Virus record (IMG/VR): IMGVR_UViG_3300037483_000361
Location: 32,881 to 96,880 of that record
Origin: a virus
Length of the DNA stretch: 64,000 nucleotides
Reading direction: 5' to 3' (one strand)
The position numbers and the translations under genes were made by a program. Under the pieces are notes generated by a model, which was not told where the DNA came from, did no database searches, and saw nothing but the letters and a program-made list of their open reading frames with translations. This document shows, in pieces, positions 62,919-64,000 of the stretch (position 1 is its first letter; every line of letters starts with the position of its first letter).

Positions 62919-63637
62919 AGTCTGACCACCTTGGTCAATCGGGTTTCCTTGATGCCGCGGAATGTCTCGTGGCGTTTCACGGTTCCCTTGATGGTGACCG
63001 TCTCGTCCACTAGAAACAGAGTGGGCAACTGGCCGTCGAACCAACACACCCGATCCGTCGTTCCGACAACGGTGCCTTTGATCATGCTGCCCGGCTCACG
63101 ACGCGCCACCACGGTCCACCTCGATGGGCCTGCCGATACGTTACTGATAAGTTTGACTACCACTTTCAGTGTGATGGGATCGGTAGGAACACCAACCCAT
63201 TCACTTTTATCGGCTGGCAGATGGTGAGCGCGGGTGCTTCTATAGGCAGCGAGGATGCTGCATGCCGTCGCTACCTCACGTGCGGTGTGCACCCTTCCCG
63301 CAATTGCGATTGCCGCGATAACTAGTTGATACTCAGTAGGCTCCACCATTGTCGTTGAACCAATTCCGACCATTGCCGGGCTACTTGTTTTTGCCCACTC
63401 GATTGCCTTTTCGACTTCCTCTTTGTATTTCGGATCGAACAAGTCGATTCCCTGCACCTTCGCCTCGGCGAGAAGGTTCGCACGATGTTCAATGCCGACC
63501 TGCGTCAGGTCCAACATGTGTTGCACCCAATGCGCGGTTGACCAAACAGCGCGTTCTCGGCTCTTGGAAGCAGACATCCACCCATAGACCGCGATTTCAC
63601 AGGCGGTACAGAGTAGAATCTTGTCGAGCGGATACAT
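62915..63637 (-). CDS. hypothetical protein with C-terminal OB-fold
   Basis: IKGTVKRHETFRGIKETRLTKV. Confidence 0.6.
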   Translation of the reverse strand: MYPLDKILLCTACEIAVYGWMSASKSRERAVWSTAHWVQHMLDLTQVGIEHRANLLAEAKVQGIDLFDPKYKEEVEKAIEWAKTSSPAMVGIGSTTMVEPTEYQLVIAAIAIAGRVHTAREVATACSILAAYRSTRAHHLPADKSEWVGVPTDPITLKVVVKLISNVSAGPSRWTVVARREPGSMIKGTVVGTTDRVCWFDGQLPTLFLVDETVTIKGTVKRHETFRGIKETRLTKVVRL

Positions 63638-63646
63638 ATGCGTTCC

Positions 63647-63892
63647 TTAGCGAGCTTTCCACACTAGGATGTTTGACGGATATCCGTCGTGATTGATGAG
63701 CGAGTCCATCACTTCGGCGCGCTTCATGCTGACATCAAAGAACACCGTGTCGATTCGGTAATAGTCTTTTTCTCCACTGACTCGAACCAACGGTGCCTTT
63801 ATCGTAGCATGCGGAAGCCGAACTGTTCGTATCGGTCCATTGTGGTAGCTTGACGGAACCACTAGGTCTACGTCCCATGCTTGCGTTTTCAC
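63647..63892 (-). CDS. hypothetical protein
   Basis: IDTVFF..SLINHDGY; GGAGG SD. Confidence 0.6.
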   Translation of the reverse strand: MKTQAWDVDLVVPSSYHNGPIRTVRLPHATIKAPLVRVSGEKDYYRIDTVFFDVSMKRAEVMDSLINHDGYPSNILVWKAR

Positions 63893-64000
63893 TTGACAAC
63901 CTCCATCGTGACCCGAATCTTCGTGCCGGTCGGGAGCGTCTTAAACGACTCAACCATGTCGTGAAGAGGAACAAAACTCTCACGAAACGACGGGCTCGCG

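Noticed and set aside
1-64000. Alternative genetic code, suppressor tRNA or selenocysteine tRNA
   Set aside because: Long genes are intact in the standard code, all three stops are used, and no CTA/TTA/TCA anticodon was found.

Overview
This is a 64-kb segment of a large, jumbo-type myovirus-like phage genome, and essentially all genes lie on the minus strand. Bases 1-28 kb carry replication, structural and accessory genes: an Mre11/Rad50 (SbcD-SbcC) fusion, primase, resolvase, a baseplate/tail module, a gp55-like late sigma factor, a lysozyme-like protein, and GT2, HD and HNH enzymes. Bases 28.6-56.3 kb form a dense RNA island. It holds about 53 canonical tRNAs covering all 20 amino acids, 4 atypical or pseudo tRNAs, tmRNA, an RNase P RNA, a ~950-nt GOLLD-like RNA with an embedded tRNA, a ~380-nt ornate RNA, and many unnamed stem-closed or tRNA-shaped RNAs. 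These are interleaved with translation-rescue and RNA-repair genes (RNA ligase, HAD phosphatases, GGQ release-factor-like protein, Pth2, ppGpp hydrolase) and homing endonucleases. The strongest novel candidate is at 50.08-50.27 kb: a ribosome-dependent attenuator whose leader-peptide codons mirror the tRNA block directly downstream, suggesting a tRNA-depletion sensor that gates late transcription of the array. All calls were made by eye and no database searches were run.
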